Positions 18,826-29,438 of a stretch of DNA of 64,000 nucleotides are shown in pieces (position 1 is the stretch's first letter; every line of letters starts with the position of its first letter). The notes under the pieces were generated by a model that saw only the letters and a program-made list of their open reading frames with translations, did not search any database and was not told where the DNA came from. The translations under genes were made by a program, and so were the position numbers. Origin of the DNA: Bacteroidota bacterium (GTDB lineage Bacteria; Bacteroidota; Bacteroidia; Bacteroidales; Paludibacteraceae); assembly GCA_022708465.1 (NCBI GenBank), contig JAKIYQ010000002.1, positions 160-64,159 on the forward strand, in the 5' to 3' direction.

Positions 18826-20670
18826 ATGTGTGGTATTGTCGGGTATATCGGTAATCAGCAAGCTTATCCTATTTTGATTAAGGGTCTGCATCGTTTGGAG
18901 TATAGGGGATACGATAGTGCAGGTGTGGCTTTTGTGAATGATAAAAAGGAGCTTAATGTTTACAAAACAAAAGGAAAGGTTTCTGATTTGGAATCTTTGG
19001 TTGAGTCGCAAGATGTATCAGGTACTATAGGTATTGCTCATACACGTTGGGCAACTCATGGCGAACCTAACAATGAGAATGCTCATCCGCACTACTCGCA
19101 GTCCGAAACAATTGCTTTGATTCACAACGGAATTATTGAGAACTATTCTGTAATAAAAAAAGAGCTGTTACGCCAAGGATATACATTTAAAAGTACTACC
19201 GATACTGAGGTTTTAGTTCAATTTATTGAATATGTAAAAAAAACAAACAAGGTAGATCTGTGTCATGCAGTGCAAATAGCCCTTTCACAAGTAATAGGTG
19301 CTTATGCCATAGCTGTTATTGATAAAGAAAATCCAAATCAGATAGTAGCCGCAAGAAAAAGTAGTCCCTTAGTCGTAGGCATAGGTAAAAACGAATATTT
19401 TTTAGCGTCTGATGCCACACCTATTGTAGAATACACAGATAAGGTTGTATATGTTAATGATGAAGAAGTTGCAGTAATTGACAGAAAAAATGGTGTTAAG
19501 TTATTAAATCTGTCTGATGTTGAGCAAACAGCAGAAGTTACAACATTAAAGATGAATCTAAGTCAACTTGAAAAGGGTGGCTATGAAAATTTTATGTTGA
19601 AAGAGATTCACGAACAGCAACAAACCTTAATTGATTGTATTAGAGGACGTATAAATGTTGAAGGAACAGAAGTCGTTTTATCAGGAGTTGTAGATAATAA
19701 AGATAAATTTCTTAATGCTAAGCGTATTATTATTGTTGCGTGTGGTACATCTTGGCATGCGGCACTAATAGGAGAGTTTCTTTTAGAAGATTTATGTAGG
19801 ATACCTGTAGAAGTTGAATATGCTTCAGAGTTTAGATACAGGCATCCGATAATATATAAAGATGATATAGTTATTGCAATATCGCAATCAGGGGAAACTG
19901 CTGATACTTTAGCGGCTGTTGATATTGCTAAGCAGCAAGGAGCCTTTATTTATGGAATATGTAATGTTGTGGGGTCGTCTATTGCAAGGGCAACTGATTC
20001 CGGATCTTATATACATGTCGGTCCTGAGATAGGTGTTGCATCAACAAAAGCATTTACCGGACAAATAACAGTATTATCGATGTTAGCACTTACTATAGCT
20101 AAATTACGTGGAACTATTAGTAATGAGCATTACGTCGAAATTATTCAAGAATTGCAAGATATTCCTAATAAACTGCAGGAGGTCTTGAAACTTGACGATA
20201 AAATACGTGATTTGTCAAAAATCTTTACCTACGCTCACAACTTTATTTATTTAGGCAGAGGATATAATTATCCGGCAGCTTTGGAAGGAGCTTTAAAGCT
20301 TAAAGAAATTTCTTATATACATGCCGAAGGCTATCCTGCTGCAGAAATGAAACATGGCCCAATTGCTTTAATAGACAACGAAATGCCTGTAGTTGCATTG
20401 GCTACATCGGATAGAATTTATGAAAAAACGGTTAGTAATATTCAAGAGATAAAAGCAAGAAAAGGTAAGGTTATAGCAGTTGTTACTGAAGGCGATGAGG
20501 TGGTTTCTTCTATTGTAGATTATTGTATAGAAATACCAAAAACATTAGAAATGTTTGCACCTATAGTATCGGCTATACCACTACAATTATTTGCTTATTA
20601 TATAGCAGTTAACAAAGGTAGAGATGTTGATCAACCTCGTAACTTGGCAAAATCGGTTACGGTAGAATAA
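18826..20670 (+). CDS. glmS: glutamine--fructose-6-phosphate aminotransferase (isomerizing)
   Basis: MCGIVGYIG Ntn-Cys start, which requires Cys directly after Met, so ORF-track start 18730 is rejected. Two SIS domains and C-terminal ...RNLAKSVTVE. Confidence 0.97.
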   Translation: MCGIVGYIGNQQAYPILIKGLHRLEYRGYDSAGVAFVNDKKELNVYKTKGKVSDLESLVESQDVSGTIGIAHTRWATHGEPNNENAHPHYSQSETIALIHNGIIENYSVIKKELLRQGYTFKSTTDTEVLVQFIEYVKKTNKVDLCHAVQIALSQVIGAYAIAVIDKENPNQIVAARKSSPLVVGIGKNEYFLASDATPIVEYTDKVVYVNDEEVAVIDRKNGVKLLNLSDVEQTAEVTTLKMNLSQLEKGGYENFMLKEIHEQQQTLIDCIRGRINVEGTEVVLSGVVDNKDKFLNAKRIIIVACGTSWHAALIGEFLLEDLCRIPVEVEYASEFRYRHPIIYKDDIVIAISQSGETADTLAAVDIAKQQGAFIYGICNVVGSSIARATDSGSYIHVGPEIGVASTKAFTGQITVLSMLALTIAKLRGTISNEHYVEIIQELQDIPNKLQEVLKLDDKIRDLSKIFTYAHNFIYLGRGYNYPAALEGALKLKEISYIHAEGYPAAEMKHGPIALIDNEMPVVALATSDRIYEKTVSNIQEIKARKGKVIAVVTEGDEVVSSIVDYCIEIPKTLEMFAPIVSAIPLQLFAYYIAVNKGRDVDQPRNLAKSVTVE

Positions 20671-20675
20671 TTAAT

Positions 20676-22550
20676 ATGGAAACTCTAAAGCATGAATGTG
20701 GTGTCGCAATGGTTCGTTTAAGAAAACCTTTACAGTTTTACGAACAAAAATACGGTTCATGGATGTATGGTTTGAATAAACTATACTTGCTTATGGAGAA
20801 ACAGCATAATAGAGGGCAAGAGGGTGCAGGAATGGCCTGTGTAAAACTTGATATGCAAGCGGGTGAGGAGTTTATGTTTAGAGAAAGGGCAGAAGGCTCC
20901 GGTTCAATTAGTGAGATATTTAATACTGCTCATACACCAATTAATAATATTCCATCAGAAAAGCTTCATGATGCAGAATATGCTAAGTCTGCAATTCCTT
21001 TTGCAGGTGAATTATATATGGGGCATCTAAGGTATAGTACTACCGGCAAATCGGGTTTATCTTATGTACATCCATTTATGCGGCGAGATAATTATCGCTC
21101 AAGGAATCTTACAATATGTGGTAATTTTAATTTGACTAATGTTGATGAGGTTTTTGATTCTATAAGCATTATGGGACAACATCCTCGTCAGTATGCTGAT
21201 ACATTTATTATATTGGAGCAATTGGGGCATCGCTTGGATAGAGAGGTTGAGAGATTATACTCAAAGGCAAAGAAGAGCAAGAAATCTCCAACATGTATGT
21301 CTAAATATATTGAGCAAAATATATGTATTGAAAATGTACTGAGTAGTGCTGTTACTATGTGGGACGGAGGCTATGTTATATGCGGTTTGACAGGCAGTGG
21401 TGAGAGTTTTACGGTGAGAGATCCATGGGGAATTAGACCTGCTTTTTATTATGCTGATGAAGAGTTAGTAGTAGTAGCATCTGAGCGACCGGTTATTCAA
21501 ACAGCCTTAAATCTTTCTGTAGATAAGATTTGTGAGTTAGAACCGGGACAAGCTTTGATTATAGGGAATAATGGTAGTATGCGAATAGCGCAAGTAATTG
21601 AAGCAAAAGAACGTAAATTCTGTTCGTTCGAGAGAATATATTTTTCAAGGGGTAGTGATTGTGATATATATCGTGAACGTAAGGCTTTAGGATCTAATCT
21701 GGTTCCGGATATATTGGAATCGATAGAGCAGGATACACAAAATTCGGTATTTTCTTTTATTCCTAATACAGCAGAAGTCGCATTTTTTGGCATGGTTCAA
21801 GGATTAAATAATTATCTTAATGATATTAAGAACGAACAAATTCGTAATAATGTAGGCAAACTAACTCCAAAATATTTGGATAAATTGTTGTCAATGTCCA
21901 TACGCACAGAAAAAGTGGCAATTAAGGACATTAAGTTACGAACGTTTATATCGGAAGGAAATATCCGTAACGAATTAGCGGCACATGTATATGATATTAC
22001 TTATGGTAGTATAGTCCCGCATAAAGACAATCTTGTGGTTATTGATGATAGCATTGTTAGAGGCACAACATTGAGGCAGAGTATTATTAGAATATTAGCA
22101 AGATTAGAACCTAAAAAGATTGTTATAGTGTCCTCATCTCCTCAAATACGCTATCCTGATTTCTATGGAATAGACATGTCATCTTTAGAAGATTTCATAG
22201 CATTTAGAGCTGCTGTTGCATTGCTGCATGACAATAATTCTGAATATATCTTAGATGAGGTTTACGAGAAATCAAAACAACAAGAATTTTTTCCAAAAGA
22301 GAAAATCGTGAATTATATAAAAGAAATTTACGCTCCATTTTCAGCGAAACAAATTTCTGCAAAAATAGCGGAGTTATTAACTCCTAATGAGGTTAATTGT
22401 CACATTGATGTTATATTTCAGAGTTTGGAAGGATTACATGAGGCATGCAAAAATAATGTCGGTGATTGGTATTTCTCAGGAGATTATCCTACACCCGGAG
22501 GTAATAAGCGTTTAAATCAATCGTATATAAACTATTATGAAAACAAATGA
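20676..22550 (+). CDS. purF: amidophosphoribosyltransferase (long Bacteroidota-type form)
   Basis: Short propeptide then CGV Ntn nucleophile (METLKHECGVAMV); PRPP loop VVIDDSIVRGTT. Confidence 0.9.
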   Translation: METLKHECGVAMVRLRKPLQFYEQKYGSWMYGLNKLYLLMEKQHNRGQEGAGMACVKLDMQAGEEFMFRERAEGSGSISEIFNTAHTPINNIPSEKLHDAEYAKSAIPFAGELYMGHLRYSTTGKSGLSYVHPFMRRDNYRSRNLTICGNFNLTNVDEVFDSISIMGQHPRQYADTFIILEQLGHRLDREVERLYSKAKKSKKSPTCMSKYIEQNICIENVLSSAVTMWDGGYVICGLTGSGESFTVRDPWGIRPAFYYADEELVVVASERPVIQTALNLSVDKICELEPGQALIIGNNGSMRIAQVIEAKERKFCSFERIYFSRGSDCDIYRERKALGSNLVPDILESIEQDTQNSVFSFIPNTAEVAFFGMVQGLNNYLNDIKNEQIRNNVGKLTPKYLDKLLSMSIRTEKVAIKDIKLRTFISEGNIRNELAAHVYDITYGSIVPHKDNLVVIDDSIVRGTTLRQSIIRILARLEPKKIVIVSSSPQIRYPDFYGIDMSSLEDFIAFRAAVALLHDNNSEYILDEVYEKSKQQEFFPKEKIVNYIKEIYAPFSAKQISAKIAELLTPNEVNCHIDVIFQSLEGLHEACKNNVGDWYFSGDYPTPGGNKRLNQSYINYYENK

Positions 22551-22602
22551 TTCACACACTCTTATTAGAATGTATGAATCATAATATATTATAATCAGTT
22601 GA

Positions 22603-24330
22603 TTAGTCGGTTTTAATATCTTTAATCAGAAGTTGAATGGCTTCTTTTCCTGCAAAGTTGTTTTCTTCTATTGTGTAGCAGACATTAAATGATTTTTTAG
22701 CTTTTATGTGATCATTAAATTCCTTCCCTTTACCAAAAGCTATGCCATTCATAATTACGTTTGGCGATTCGTCTTCTGTCAAGTCTAATTTGAAGTGGTC
22801 TAAATCGCGCCCTACCAATCTGCTTGTACCATAGTCTTTTACGTTTTCAGTTACAAACACAGGTTTCATATTTTCAGGGCCAAATGGTGCAAATTTTTGA
22901 AGGATGCTAAAAAACTTAGGAGTAATTTCGCTGAAATGTACTATTGAATCAACCTCAATTTGTGGAATCTTTTGGTCTTCGTTCATGTTTGAAGTTACAT
23001 ATTCATCAAATCTGCGCGAAAACTCACTAACGTTTTCTTCTTTCATTGTTAAGCCTGCTGCATAAATATGACCTCCAAAGTTTTCTAATAAATCTCTGCA
23101 AGAATCAATAGCCTTGTAAATATCAAATCCGCTTACAGAACGTGCCGAACCTGTTGCGAATCCATTCGATAGAGTTAGTACCACAGAAGGACGATAATAT
23201 TGTTCGCTCAATCTTGATGCAACAATTCCTATCACTCCTTTACTCCATTCAGGGTTATAAACTACTATAGAATTGCGGTTTTCAAAATGTTCATCTCCAT
23301 TTATAAAGTCTTGAGCATCAACCGTAGTCTTTTTATCTAAGTCTTTTCTTTCTTGATTATATTGATCAATACAGTTGCTCTTTTCCTTTGCAAAATCGCG
23401 ATCTTTTGAAGTTAGAAGTTCAACAGCTTCACGACCCGAATACATTCTTCCTGATGCGTTAATACGAGGACCTATTTTAAATACTATATCACTAACAGTT
23501 ACTTCCTTACCTTGAAGTCCGCATATATCAAGAATAGCTTGTAGCCCCATGCTCGGATTTGAATTTAGTTGCTTTAATCCGAAAGTCATCAAAACTCTAT
23601 TTTCTCCTGTTATGGGAACTATGTCTGATGCGATACTTACAGCCAGTAAATCAAGATGTTGAGTTAAACGTTCAAAAGGAATGTGATTGTTAATTGCAAA
23701 GGCCTGCATCAACTTAAAACCTACACCGCATCCGGATAAATGTCCGTATGGGTATGTACTGTCCAAACGCTTGGGATCTAATACTGCAACTGCTTCAGGT
23801 AATTGTTCATCAGGAGTGTGATGATCGCAAATAATAATATCAATCTGACGATCTTTTGCGTATTTAACTTTCTTTATGGCTTTAATACCACAGTCAAGTA
23901 CGATAATTAATGAAAAACCATTTTCAGCTGCATAGTCAATTCCTTTATATGATACGCCATATCCCTCCTCGTATCTGTCGGGAATGTAGAAATCTATGCT
24001 TGAATAAAATTGTTGTAAAAACTTGTAAACCAATGCTACCGCGGTAGTACCATCTACATCATAATCGCCGTAAATAAGGATTTTTTCCTTTTTACCCATT
24101 GCTAAATTTAATCTCTCTACTGCTTTATCCATGTCGTTCAATAAGAACGGATCATGAATTTGGCTTAACTGAGGACGGAAGAACTTTTTAGCTTCTTCGT
24201 AAGTGTAAATACCTCTTTGTACCAACAATGTACAGATAATAGGGCTGATGTTGAGTTGTTTGACTAGTTCTTCTTTACATTTTTTTTGTTCTTCAGTTAA
24301 TTCATTAATAATCCATTTGTGATTAAGCAT
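22603..24330 (-). CDS. recJ: single-stranded-DNA-specific exonuclease RecJ
   Basis: DHH motifs (IYGDYDVDGTT, DHH in IICDHHTP) and DHHA1 GGH motif (FGGHIYAAG). Start trimmed to MLNHKW. Confidence 0.93.
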   Translation of the reverse strand: MLNHKWIINELTEEQKKCKEELVKQLNISPIICTLLVQRGIYTYEEAKKFFRPQLSQIHDPFLLNDMDKAVERLNLAMGKKEKILIYGDYDVDGTTAVALVYKFLQQFYSSIDFYIPDRYEEGYGVSYKGIDYAAENGFSLIIVLDCGIKAIKKVKYAKDRQIDIIICDHHTPDEQLPEAVAVLDPKRLDSTYPYGHLSGCGVGFKLMQAFAINNHIPFERLTQHLDLLAVSIASDIVPITGENRVLMTFGLKQLNSNPSMGLQAILDICGLQGKEVTVSDIVFKIGPRINASGRMYSGREAVELLTSKDRDFAKEKSNCIDQYNQERKDLDKKTTVDAQDFINGDEHFENRNSIVVYNPEWSKGVIGIVASRLSEQYYRPSVVLTLSNGFATGSARSVSGFDIYKAIDSCRDLLENFGGHIYAAGLTMKEENVSEFSRRFDEYVTSNMNEDQKIPQIEVDSIVHFSEITPKFFSILQKFAPFGPENMKPVFVTENVKDYGTSRLVGRDLDHFKLDLTEDESPNVIMNGIAFGKGKEFNDHIKAKKSFNVCYTIEENNFAGKEAIQLLIKDIKTD

Positions 24331-24425
24331 ATATGTTTTGTTTGTATATAGCAAGGAATAATGTAAATTTGCCACCGCAAAAATACAAACGGTAAAAATA
24401 CATATAATATTTTAAAAATAAGGAG

Positions 24426-25016
24426 ATGGATATGGATAATTATGAAAAAATAATATCTGATGAGGTTAAGAAAACAATAGAAGTTTTACGCGCCGGCGGA
24501 ATTATACTATATCCTACCGATACTGTTTGGGGAATTGGATGTGATGCAACAAATGCAGAGGCTGTTGAAAAAATATATAAAATAAAGCAGCGTGATGATT
24601 CCAAATCAATGTTAGTTATTACTGATGGAATGGCCAGAATTCAGAGTTACGTTGACGAAATCCCTGACATAGCATGGGATCTCGCAGAACTTGCAGATAA
24701 ACCGATTACTATAATTTACCCTCAAGCAAAAAATCTAGCTGCGAATCTTATTTCTGATGATGGTAGCATTGGAATAAGAATAAGTTCTGAAAAGTTTTCA
24801 AAGCAATTATGTGCTGCATTTAGACGTCCAATTGTTTCGACTTCTGCAAATATTAGCGGTGAACCCTCACCTGAATGTTTTGCCGAAATATCCGACATAA
24901 TAAAAGATCAAATGGATTATATTGTTCAATATCGTCAAGACGATACTCAAAAAAAACAGGCATCATCTATAATTAAGTTGAAAAAAAATGGTACTTTTGT
25001 CATCCTTAGACACTAA
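24426..25016 (+). CDS. tsaC: L-threonylcarbamoyladenylate synthase (TsaC/YrdC type)
   Basis: YPTDTVWGIGCD, KxR (KQR) and SxN (STSANISGE) catalytic tetrad all present. Confidence 0.85.
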   Translation: MDMDNYEKIISDEVKKTIEVLRAGGIILYPTDTVWGIGCDATNAEAVEKIYKIKQRDDSKSMLVITDGMARIQSYVDEIPDIAWDLAELADKPITIIYPQAKNLAANLISDDGSIGIRISSEKFSKQLCAAFRRPIVSTSANISGEPSPECFAEISDIIKDQMDYIVQYRQDDTQKKQASSIIKLKKNGTFVILRH

Positions 25017-25021
25017 TCGAT

Positions 25022-26419
25022 TTGAATGTTAAATATCAATTATATAAGTATCTCATAGCTGATGCGATTTCCGCATTTGTAACTTGGGTTATTTTCTATG
25101 TTTTTAGACGAATAGAGGTTGACTTATCTACGTTCAGCCTCAATTTGTTTATGCCTCAGTATAATGCTAGAATCCTGTTCCCTTTAGTACCAATATTTTG
25201 GTTGTTTATGTATTGGCTGTCAGGATATTACGGTGAAGTATGTTTTAAATCGAGGTTGTCTGAGTTCTGGACAACTCTTACATCAACATTATTCGGTACA
25301 TTAATATTATTTTTTACAATTGTAATTGATGATCCTGTATCCGATTATACCATCTTTTACACATCATATCTGCTTCTATTTGGAATGCAATTTACATTTA
25401 CGTACTTTACACGTTTATGCATTACCACAATTACGCAGAAAAACATGCAAAAAAGGCGAATAGGATTTAATACTCTAATAATTGGAGTGGGAGAAAAAGC
25501 TGTAAAGTTGCAATCTGATTTAGATTCTATGCCTAAATCACTAGGCTTTAACGTTGTAGGTTTTGCTTATTCCAATTCTGACAGTAAAGTTTGTGTGGAC
25601 TCAAAATCAGTACTTGGTAATATTAATGATGTAGAGAATCTATTGTTGAATTACAAAATCACAGTAGTTATTATTGCAATAGATAGAGTAAGTGAGTCTG
25701 AAATATATGATTTGATGCATATTTTGTGTGGCAAATCGGTAAAAATCAAACTTATACCAAGTAGATATGAATTGTTGACAGGTAGTGTTAAATTGACTAA
25801 TATCTATGGCATTCCAATGGTTGATTTAACAGAGGTTGTTATGCCTGAATGGCAGAAGAATGTAAAAAGATTAACCGATATTGTAATATCCGCCATAGTA
25901 CTGATTGTGTTTAGTCCTGTGTATGCAATAATAGCATTAAAAATTTTCAAAAAACCTATATACAAGCAAGAACGTATCGGCTTACATGGTAAACCATTTA
26001 TGATGTATAAGTTTAGAACAATGGTTATTGATGCTGAAAATGGGGAGGCTTTGTTATCATCAAAAGATGATCCGAGAATTATTAAGATAGGGCATTTTTT
26101 GAGGAAATACAGATTAGACGAATTACCTCAATTTTTTAATGTACTTAAGGGTGATATGTCTTTGGTAGGACCTCGTCCCGAGCGAGAATATTTTATTAAT
26201 CAAATAGTAAAAGATGCTCCATATTATTATATGTTGAGTAATGTTCGTCCGGGTCTGACTTCGTGGGGAATGGTTAAGTTTGGATATGCTCAAACTGTTG
26301 AACAAATGATTGAGCGTGCAAATTATGATGTTCTTTATTTGGAAAATATGTCAATAATTGTTGATTGTAAAATTGCGATATATACAATTAAGACAATTAT
26401 TACAGGGAAAGGGATTTAA
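25022..26419 (+). CDS. polyprenyl-phosphate glycosyl-1-phosphate transferase (WbaP/bacterial sugar transferase family)
   Basis: N-terminal TM block, central Rossmann-like region and C-terminal ...MYKFRTM...DELPQFFNVLKGDMSLVGPRP signature. Apparent TTG start; no in-frame ATG nearby. Confidence 0.85.
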   Translation: MNVKYQLYKYLIADAISAFVTWVIFYVFRRIEVDLSTFSLNLFMPQYNARILFPLVPIFWLFMYWLSGYYGEVCFKSRLSEFWTTLTSTLFGTLILFFTIVIDDPVSDYTIFYTSYLLLFGMQFTFTYFTRLCITTITQKNMQKRRIGFNTLIIGVGEKAVKLQSDLDSMPKSLGFNVVGFAYSNSDSKVCVDSKSVLGNINDVENLLLNYKITVVIIAIDRVSESEIYDLMHILCGKSVKIKLIPSRYELLTGSVKLTNIYGIPMVDLTEVVMPEWQKNVKRLTDIVISAIVLIVFSPVYAIIALKIFKKPIYKQERIGLHGKPFMMYKFRTMVIDAENGEALLSSKDDPRIIKIGHFLRKYRLDELPQFFNVLKGDMSLVGPRPEREYFINQIVKDAPYYYMLSNVRPGLTSWGMVKFGYAQTVEQMIERANYDVLYLENMSIIVDCKIAIYTIKTIITGKGI

Positions 26420-26420
26420 T

Positions 26421-28187
26421 ATGATATCAAATTGGTATACCAAATTATTGAATTGGCGTGAGAAAAAAATTCCAACACAACGCTTTGTTATTTTACTAAG
26501 TTTTTTTGTTGGTATTTTTACTGCTCTTTCTGCGTGCTTGCTTAAGGCAGGGATTCATGGAATACAAAAATTATTGACTCTCAATTTTAATATTAATTCC
26601 GAGAATTTTCTGTACTTATTATACCCGGTTATAGGTATTTTGTTGTCTGCATTATTCGTTAAATATATTGTTAAAGACGACATAAGTCATGGTGTTACTC
26701 GAATACTATATGCAATCTCTCAGCGTAAAAGTATTCTGAAATCGCACAATATGTGGACTTCAGTTGTAGCAAGTTCTATGACAATTGGTTTTGGTGGATC
26801 GGTCGGAGCTGAGGCTCCTGTTGTACTTACAGGTTCGGCAATCGGTTCAAACCTTGGCAGGTTCTTTAAAATGGACCAGAAAACATTGATGCTTATGGTT
26901 GGTTGTGGAGCTGCAGGTGCAATTAGTGGAATTTTTAAAGCTCCAATTGCCGGTGTAGTATTTACTATCGAAGTATTAATGTTGGATATGACTTTTACCT
27001 CGATAATTCCATTGTTAATATCCTCAGTTACTGCAACTGCTGTATCTTATTTTCTTATGGGTGATGCAGTTATGTTCTCTATGCAAGGTGAGGCATTTGT
27101 GTTGAATCGCATTCCTGCATACTTAATGTTAGGTGTTGTTTGCGGTTTTGCATCATTGTATTTTACGCGCGGAATGAATTGGTTGGAAGATTTCTTTCGT
27201 AAATTAAAAAACTTTTGGAGTAAACTGGTTATTGGTGGTTTGATTTTGAGTGCATTGATATTCTTATTGCCTCCGTTATATGGTGAGGGTTACGATTCGA
27301 TATCAGCTTTACTTAATAATAATACCAATGGATTGTTCGATAATAGTTTGTTTTACAATTTTAAAGACAATCAATACTGGGTGTTGTTTTACATGTCTTT
27401 GATAGTAACATTTAAAATATTTGCATCTGCCGCTACAAATGCAGCCGGTGGTTGTGGTGGTATTTTCGCTCCATCTTTGTTTGTAGGTTGTTTTGTTGGA
27501 TTTATTGTAGCAATAGTTTTGCAACTTATAGGTATACCGGTTCCGGCTCAGAATTTTGCATTGGCAGGAATGGCAGGATTGATGTCGGGAGTTATGCATG
27601 CTCCATTAACAGGTATATTCCTAATTGCCGAACTATCAGGAGGTTATTCTCTATTTATGCCTTTGATGATTGTTTCTGTTGTGTCTTATTGTACAATTAT
27701 ATTGTTCGAGCCTCACAGTTTGTATGCAATGCGTTTAGCAAAAAAAGGAGAGTTGATTACGCATCATAAAGACAAAGCAGTTTTAAGTTTGCTGAAAACT
27801 GAAAATGTTATAGAAAAAGATTTTCAAGTTATTAAACCAGAGGCAATGTTTGGTGATTTGATAAAGTTGATTTCAAAATCAAAACGTAATATTTTCCCTG
27901 TAGTTGATGAGTCAGGAGTCTTTCTTGGTGTAGTAACTCTTGAAGAAATTCGTAATATAATGTTCCGCCCCGAATTGTATAATCGCTTCAATGTGCAAAA
28001 ACTTATGGTTTCGCCGCCGGCGATAGTATCTATAGATGAATCTATGGATACCGTTATGAAAAAATTTGAGCAAACTCATGCTTGGAATCTACCTGTACTT
28101 GACGGAGATAAATATGTAGGCTATGTTTCAAAATCGAAAATATTCAGCGCATATAGAGATGTGCTTGTAGAATTTTCTTCTGATTGA
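26421..28187 (+). CDS. ClC-family chloride channel / H+-Cl- antiporter with C-terminal CBS pair
   Basis: GSVGAEAP (GSGIP-type variant) and GIFAPSLFVG selectivity motifs; two CBS-like repeats at the C-terminus. Start trimmed to ATG 26421. Confidence 0.9.
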   Translation: MISNWYTKLLNWREKKIPTQRFVILLSFFVGIFTALSACLLKAGIHGIQKLLTLNFNINSENFLYLLYPVIGILLSALFVKYIVKDDISHGVTRILYAISQRKSILKSHNMWTSVVASSMTIGFGGSVGAEAPVVLTGSAIGSNLGRFFKMDQKTLMLMVGCGAAGAISGIFKAPIAGVVFTIEVLMLDMTFTSIIPLLISSVTATAVSYFLMGDAVMFSMQGEAFVLNRIPAYLMLGVVCGFASLYFTRGMNWLEDFFRKLKNFWSKLVIGGLILSALIFLLPPLYGEGYDSISALLNNNTNGLFDNSLFYNFKDNQYWVLFYMSLIVTFKIFASAATNAAGGCGGIFAPSLFVGCFVGFIVAIVLQLIGIPVPAQNFALAGMAGLMSGVMHAPLTGIFLIAELSGGYSLFMPLMIVSVVSYCTIILFEPHSLYAMRLAKKGELITHHKDKAVLSLLKTENVIEKDFQVIKPEAMFGDLIKLISKSKRNIFPVVDESGVFLGVVTLEEIRNIMFRPELYNRFNVQKLMVSPPAIVSIDESMDTVMKKFEQTHAWNLPVLDGDKYVGYVSKSKIFSAYRDVLVEFSSD

Positions 28188-29438
28188 TTATGGATTAATC
28201 TGCGAATCCATCCAATCAAAGCGATTAAGTAAATATTTTTTTAAAAATTCAACTTGTCCTGCGTAATTATCAGGCAGATTTGTTACCGAATACCATTCAT
28301 TGTCATTAAAGATAGGCCAAATATTAAAATTCTCTTCTTGTGAGTATTTTAAGTATTCTTTTACAGAATCTATCGACATAATTACAGCTAACAAAACAGG
28401 TTTGTAAGTATTCCAAGCCACCTGCATTTCTTGTTTAAAATCAGGATCCGTATACATTCGATATATGTAGGCATTATATAAAACATGCCAACCGGTTGCT
28501 CTTTGACATACTTCACTATGACCTGAGTTGCCTGCTCCTAAATCAAAATCCCAAACAGGGCCCATAAATAATTTTTCGCCTGTCAACCTTTGATGAAAAT
28601 AGATGCTGGAATATGTTCGGGCATCAACGTTTTTAAATAATTCGTTTATCAATAACCATTTTATTACACTTTTTGTGTCATAATATTTCCTGAATCCATT
28701 TTTGGGGTCTTTATAATTATTTGAATCTAAAATCCTTTCAGCATTATTAAAATACCCTGAAATCTGATTTTTCTCGGCTTGAGTAATATCTGTAGGTTCT
28801 TCTATGACTACAGGGAAACGAGATGTCTTAAACCAAGGCTTATTTTGAGTTTCGTAAATGCGTTGGTCTATTTCTAAAAGATTGACTGCTTCAAGTCTGC
28901 CGTTTCCTATCTCTATTTGATCTGTAAGAAGATAATTTCCCTGATGCACTCCGTTTATAAACAGTTCGACAAAAAGATGCTGTGGAGTATAATCCATATT
29001 CAGTTTCTCGCTCATTTCAAAGGCGAGATAATTTCGCATCAAAGTTTTGTCGGCATAATTGGCAAGTAGAATCCATTTTTTTGCCGGATTAAGTCCGAAA
29101 ATGCCTGCTTTTTCGTCTAATTTTATTTTGTATGGACGTTTGGGCATATCCCAAGTAGAATTTCCTCTTCCTCTTATTTGGCCTTTTGCTATTATAGTAT
29201 CACCGGGGCTCATGTTGTTGGGGTCAAATTCGGCTGTCATAGTTCTGTAAACACTCTTATTTGAACTTACATTTTTGCCTCCGTCAATAACAATGCGTAT
29301 TATAGGTAGATGAGTGAAAGTGCTTGGTTTTATATCGTTTTTTGGGGGATCTTCCGTGGGCTCACCGGTATTTGTATCGTTACATGATGTAAAGAGTGCA
29401 AAAAGGGGTATTATAGTTAAAAATATGATTTTTCTCAT
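28188..29438 (-). CDS. CotH-family (kinase-like) lipoprotein
   Basis: Lipobox LFTSC after MRKIIFLTIIP. KRPYKIKLDEK...KKWILLANYADKTLMRNYLAFEM matches the CotH core as I remember it. Confidence 0.72.
   Translation of the reverse strand: MRKIIFLTIIPLFALFTSCNDTNTGEPTEDPPKNDIKPSTFTHLPIIRIVIDGGKNVSSNKSVYRTMTAEFDPNNMSPGDTIIAKGQIRGRGNSTWDMPKRPYKIKLDEKAGIFGLNPAKKWILLANYADKTLMRNYLAFEMSEKLNMDYTPQHLFVELFINGVHQGNYLLTDQIEIGNGRLEAVNLLEIDQRIYETQNKPWFKTSRFPVVIEEPTDITQAEKNQISGYFNNAERILDSNNYKDPKNGFRKYYDTKSVIKWLLINELFKNVDARTYSSIYFHQRLTGEKLFMGPVWDFDLGAGNSGHSEVCQRATGWHVLYNAYIYRMYTDPDFKQEMQVAWNTYKPVLLAVIMSIDSVKEYLKYSQEENFNIWPIFNDNEWYSVTNLPDNYAGQVEFLKKYLLNRFDWMDSQINP

Noticed and set aside
22547-22582. Hairpin ATGATTCA...TGAATCAT between convergent purF and recJ, considered as a terminator
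   Set aside because: It is only an 8-bp AT-rich stem with a 20-nt loop and no flanking U tract, which is too weak to call.
24950-24990. A8 runs inside coding sequences (tsaC at about 24950 and 24981; also glmS at about 19235, recJ at about 24275, the TonB-dependent receptor at about 31733, and the FemAB-like gene at about 39745 and 39835), considered as further slippage or frameshift sites
   Set aside because: All are read through in frame as Lys-Lys codons with intact downstream protein. Only the A10 run in dnaX breaks a frame.
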